From Paraphysomonas bandaiensis (Eukaryota > Protista > Chrysophyceae): 64,000 nucleotides of DNA. The stretch lies in NCBI GenBank assembly GCA_965644295.1, contig CBFFRP010000428.1, forward strand, positions 62,001 through 126,000. The letters run 5' to 3'. This document shows, piece by piece, positions 62,306 to 64,000 of the stretch. The notes beneath the pieces were generated by a model. That model searched no databases. It saw nothing but the letters and a program-made list of their open reading frames with translations, and was not told where the DNA came from. Position numbers and translations under genes: made by a program. Position 1 is the stretch's first letter. Each line of letters opens with the position of its first letter.

Positions 62306-62828
62306 TTCATTGTATGGAGTATGGAGTGCAAGATTATATCCAATATTACCATTTAAACCCGTATGTCATGTGTGTGACACCTTTATAGAAACTGCATCAT
62401 GCAGATGTATATATCCGCATCCGTTAGTAGAGAGTTCATCCTACATTATCTAGATACCTTGCTCAGTGCACCACACCACAGATACAGTGCTGGAGTGGTG
62501 TATTGTTGCGATGCCAACGGAGAACATACTGATGCCTTGGTGTTCATATCCGCGGGCCGGTATGACCCAAGCTAGATATGGCCATATACTCGATGCAGCT
62601 AGCTCGTAATACAGTACTGTAGTCTGCAGCTGTACAGCAGTAGACCAGAACAACAATAGAATACTGCTGTATTCCCGACACGCTTCTTGGGACTTGCAAA
62701 CACAACGTACACACACACACACGTATAGCACACACACGTATACTATACGGCACACAGCCATGTAGCATCGAGCTCTATAAATGGGACTAACTTGAGTCGG
62801 TCTGACTACACATACATATACCTTCACA

Positions 62829-64000
62829 ATGGCCATGACCGCTATAGTTCCAGGGTCTGATGTTTCCCGCAGGCCCCCCGTAAACCGCAACTCTGCTAGC
62901 AAATCAGGCACCTATAAAGGCAGACGATTCATAGTCTCTGACCGTGATCGAGACACTGATCGAGAGACTGATAGAGACAGAGAGAGATCTGGTGATCTTG
63001 ATGCAAGGGCGAGAGGGAAGAAGATGAACTCAAGTATAAGTGATCTCGATAAGCTGTTAGAGAATGATGCGACGGCTCTGTTAAACATGAGGAAAGACAT
63101 CAGTCACGCTCAGAGTCTTGAGGTCGACAAGGCTAGAGCTACTCTTGCGGCCTTACAAAAGGAGTATGATGGGATAAGAACCACAAATGTTTTAAAGGAG
63201 AAAGAATTGGCTGGCGTAATGGACGACAAGAAGGTCTTAGAGGGGTTTATGGTCACGCTGGAAGATAACATGGCGCAACACAATCAAATCATTGATAAGA
63301 TTACGAGTGATATTGAAGAAGTCGAGGATAATATTCAAGCTGAGATGAGAACTCGAAGTATGCTGACGTACCTTACAAGCCGTCTTGAACAAGAAATTAT
63401 GGATTGCAAAGCCCAGTCTCATGTTTTAACGCAGCAACTAAACCAGGCGAAGGCGGAACATACAGGGCTAGAGAGTACATTACGCCTCAGTAAACACGAG
63501 CTGGTAGCCGAGGAACGGCATGTGGAGGTATTGAACAAGACTATCAAGAGCCGCACGGACCAGCGAGCAGTTAAGATGCAGGAGTTGCAAAGCATGGTAA
63601 TGGAAGGCGAGCAATCCATTGCTCGTGTACGGCGCAGCTTGCATAATACTCTGCGGAGCATTAAAGATAATCAGGAGACGGAGACGAAAATGGGACACGG
63701 ATTTGAAAGTGATCCGAAGCCGGAAGTGCAGCCCAGCTCGAGGGTACGAGGTGATAGTGGAAATACAGATGAGGTGGACTCACCTGAAGATGCTCTCGCC
63801 CTCACACGCCACCAGATCGAGGAGATCGTTGAACGGTACAGTTCTAAGGAATCCCGTATAGAGAAACTCAACCAAGTGCAGTCCGACCTGAAGGAGCAGC
63901 TGGCAACTCAGAAGTCTAAGAAGCAAAGCATTGAAGATATACTGGAACGGTCTGAGCGTAAGCTCCAGTTACTGGTGTCCAATCGCCAGATGTATCAAGA
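62829..64000 (+). CDS. Long coiled-coil protein, runs off the window end
   Basis: Open frame from MAMTAIVPGS to the window end with heptad-like E/K/L/Q composition; absent from the ORF track because it has no stop. Confidence 0.8.
   Translation, partial: MAMTAIVPGSDVSRRPPVNRNSASKSGTYKGRRFIVSDRDRDTDRETDRDRERSGDLDARARGKKMNSSISDLDKLLENDATALLNMRKDISHAQSLEVDKARATLAALQKEYDGIRTTNVLKEKELAGVMDDKKVLEGFMVTLEDNMAQHNQIIDKITSDIEEVEDNIQAEMRTRSMLTYLTSRLEQEIMDCKAQSHVLTQQLNQAKAEHTGLESTLRLSKHELVAEERHVEVLNKTIKSRTDQRAVKMQELQSMVMEGEQSIARVRRSLHNTLRSIKDNQETETKMGHGFESDPKPEVQPSSRVRGDSGNTDEVDSPEDALALTRHQIEEIVERYSSKESRIEKLNQVQSDLKEQLATQKSKKQSIEDILERSERKLQLLVSNRQMYQ

Overview
Compact, gene-dense eukaryotic DNA with short GT-AG introns (mostly about 40-65 nt). 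The gene set and style suggest a protist, possibly a stramenopile; that is inference and cannot be proven from this window. About 17 host genes: nucleotide-sugar transporter, fumarase, LSm4, DUF711 protein, amino-acid transporter, PROSER3-like, CSN4, two ankyrin paralogues, myosin-WW-PH, MARCH6/Doa10, COMMD2-like, COG2, a DGAT2/MGAT-family acyltransferase and three unknowns. The first 15 alternate strand strictly. Head-to-head spacers carry purine/pyrimidine-alternating DNA, three of them (TATG)n arrays of about 0.7-1.3 kb, while most repeats lie in tail-to-tail spacers. Mobile elements: a decayed Tc1 (DD34E) inside a TATG array, a young chromodomain Ty3/Gypsy element interrupting a myosin exon, an intact Ty1/Copia element, hAT-like MITEs, and a non-coding SINE-like family with 11-12 bp TSDs. 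The conserved end of that family can be folded by eye into an HDV-like ribozyme topology and is the best candidate for an undescribed system. All alignments and folds were done by eye; no searches were run.
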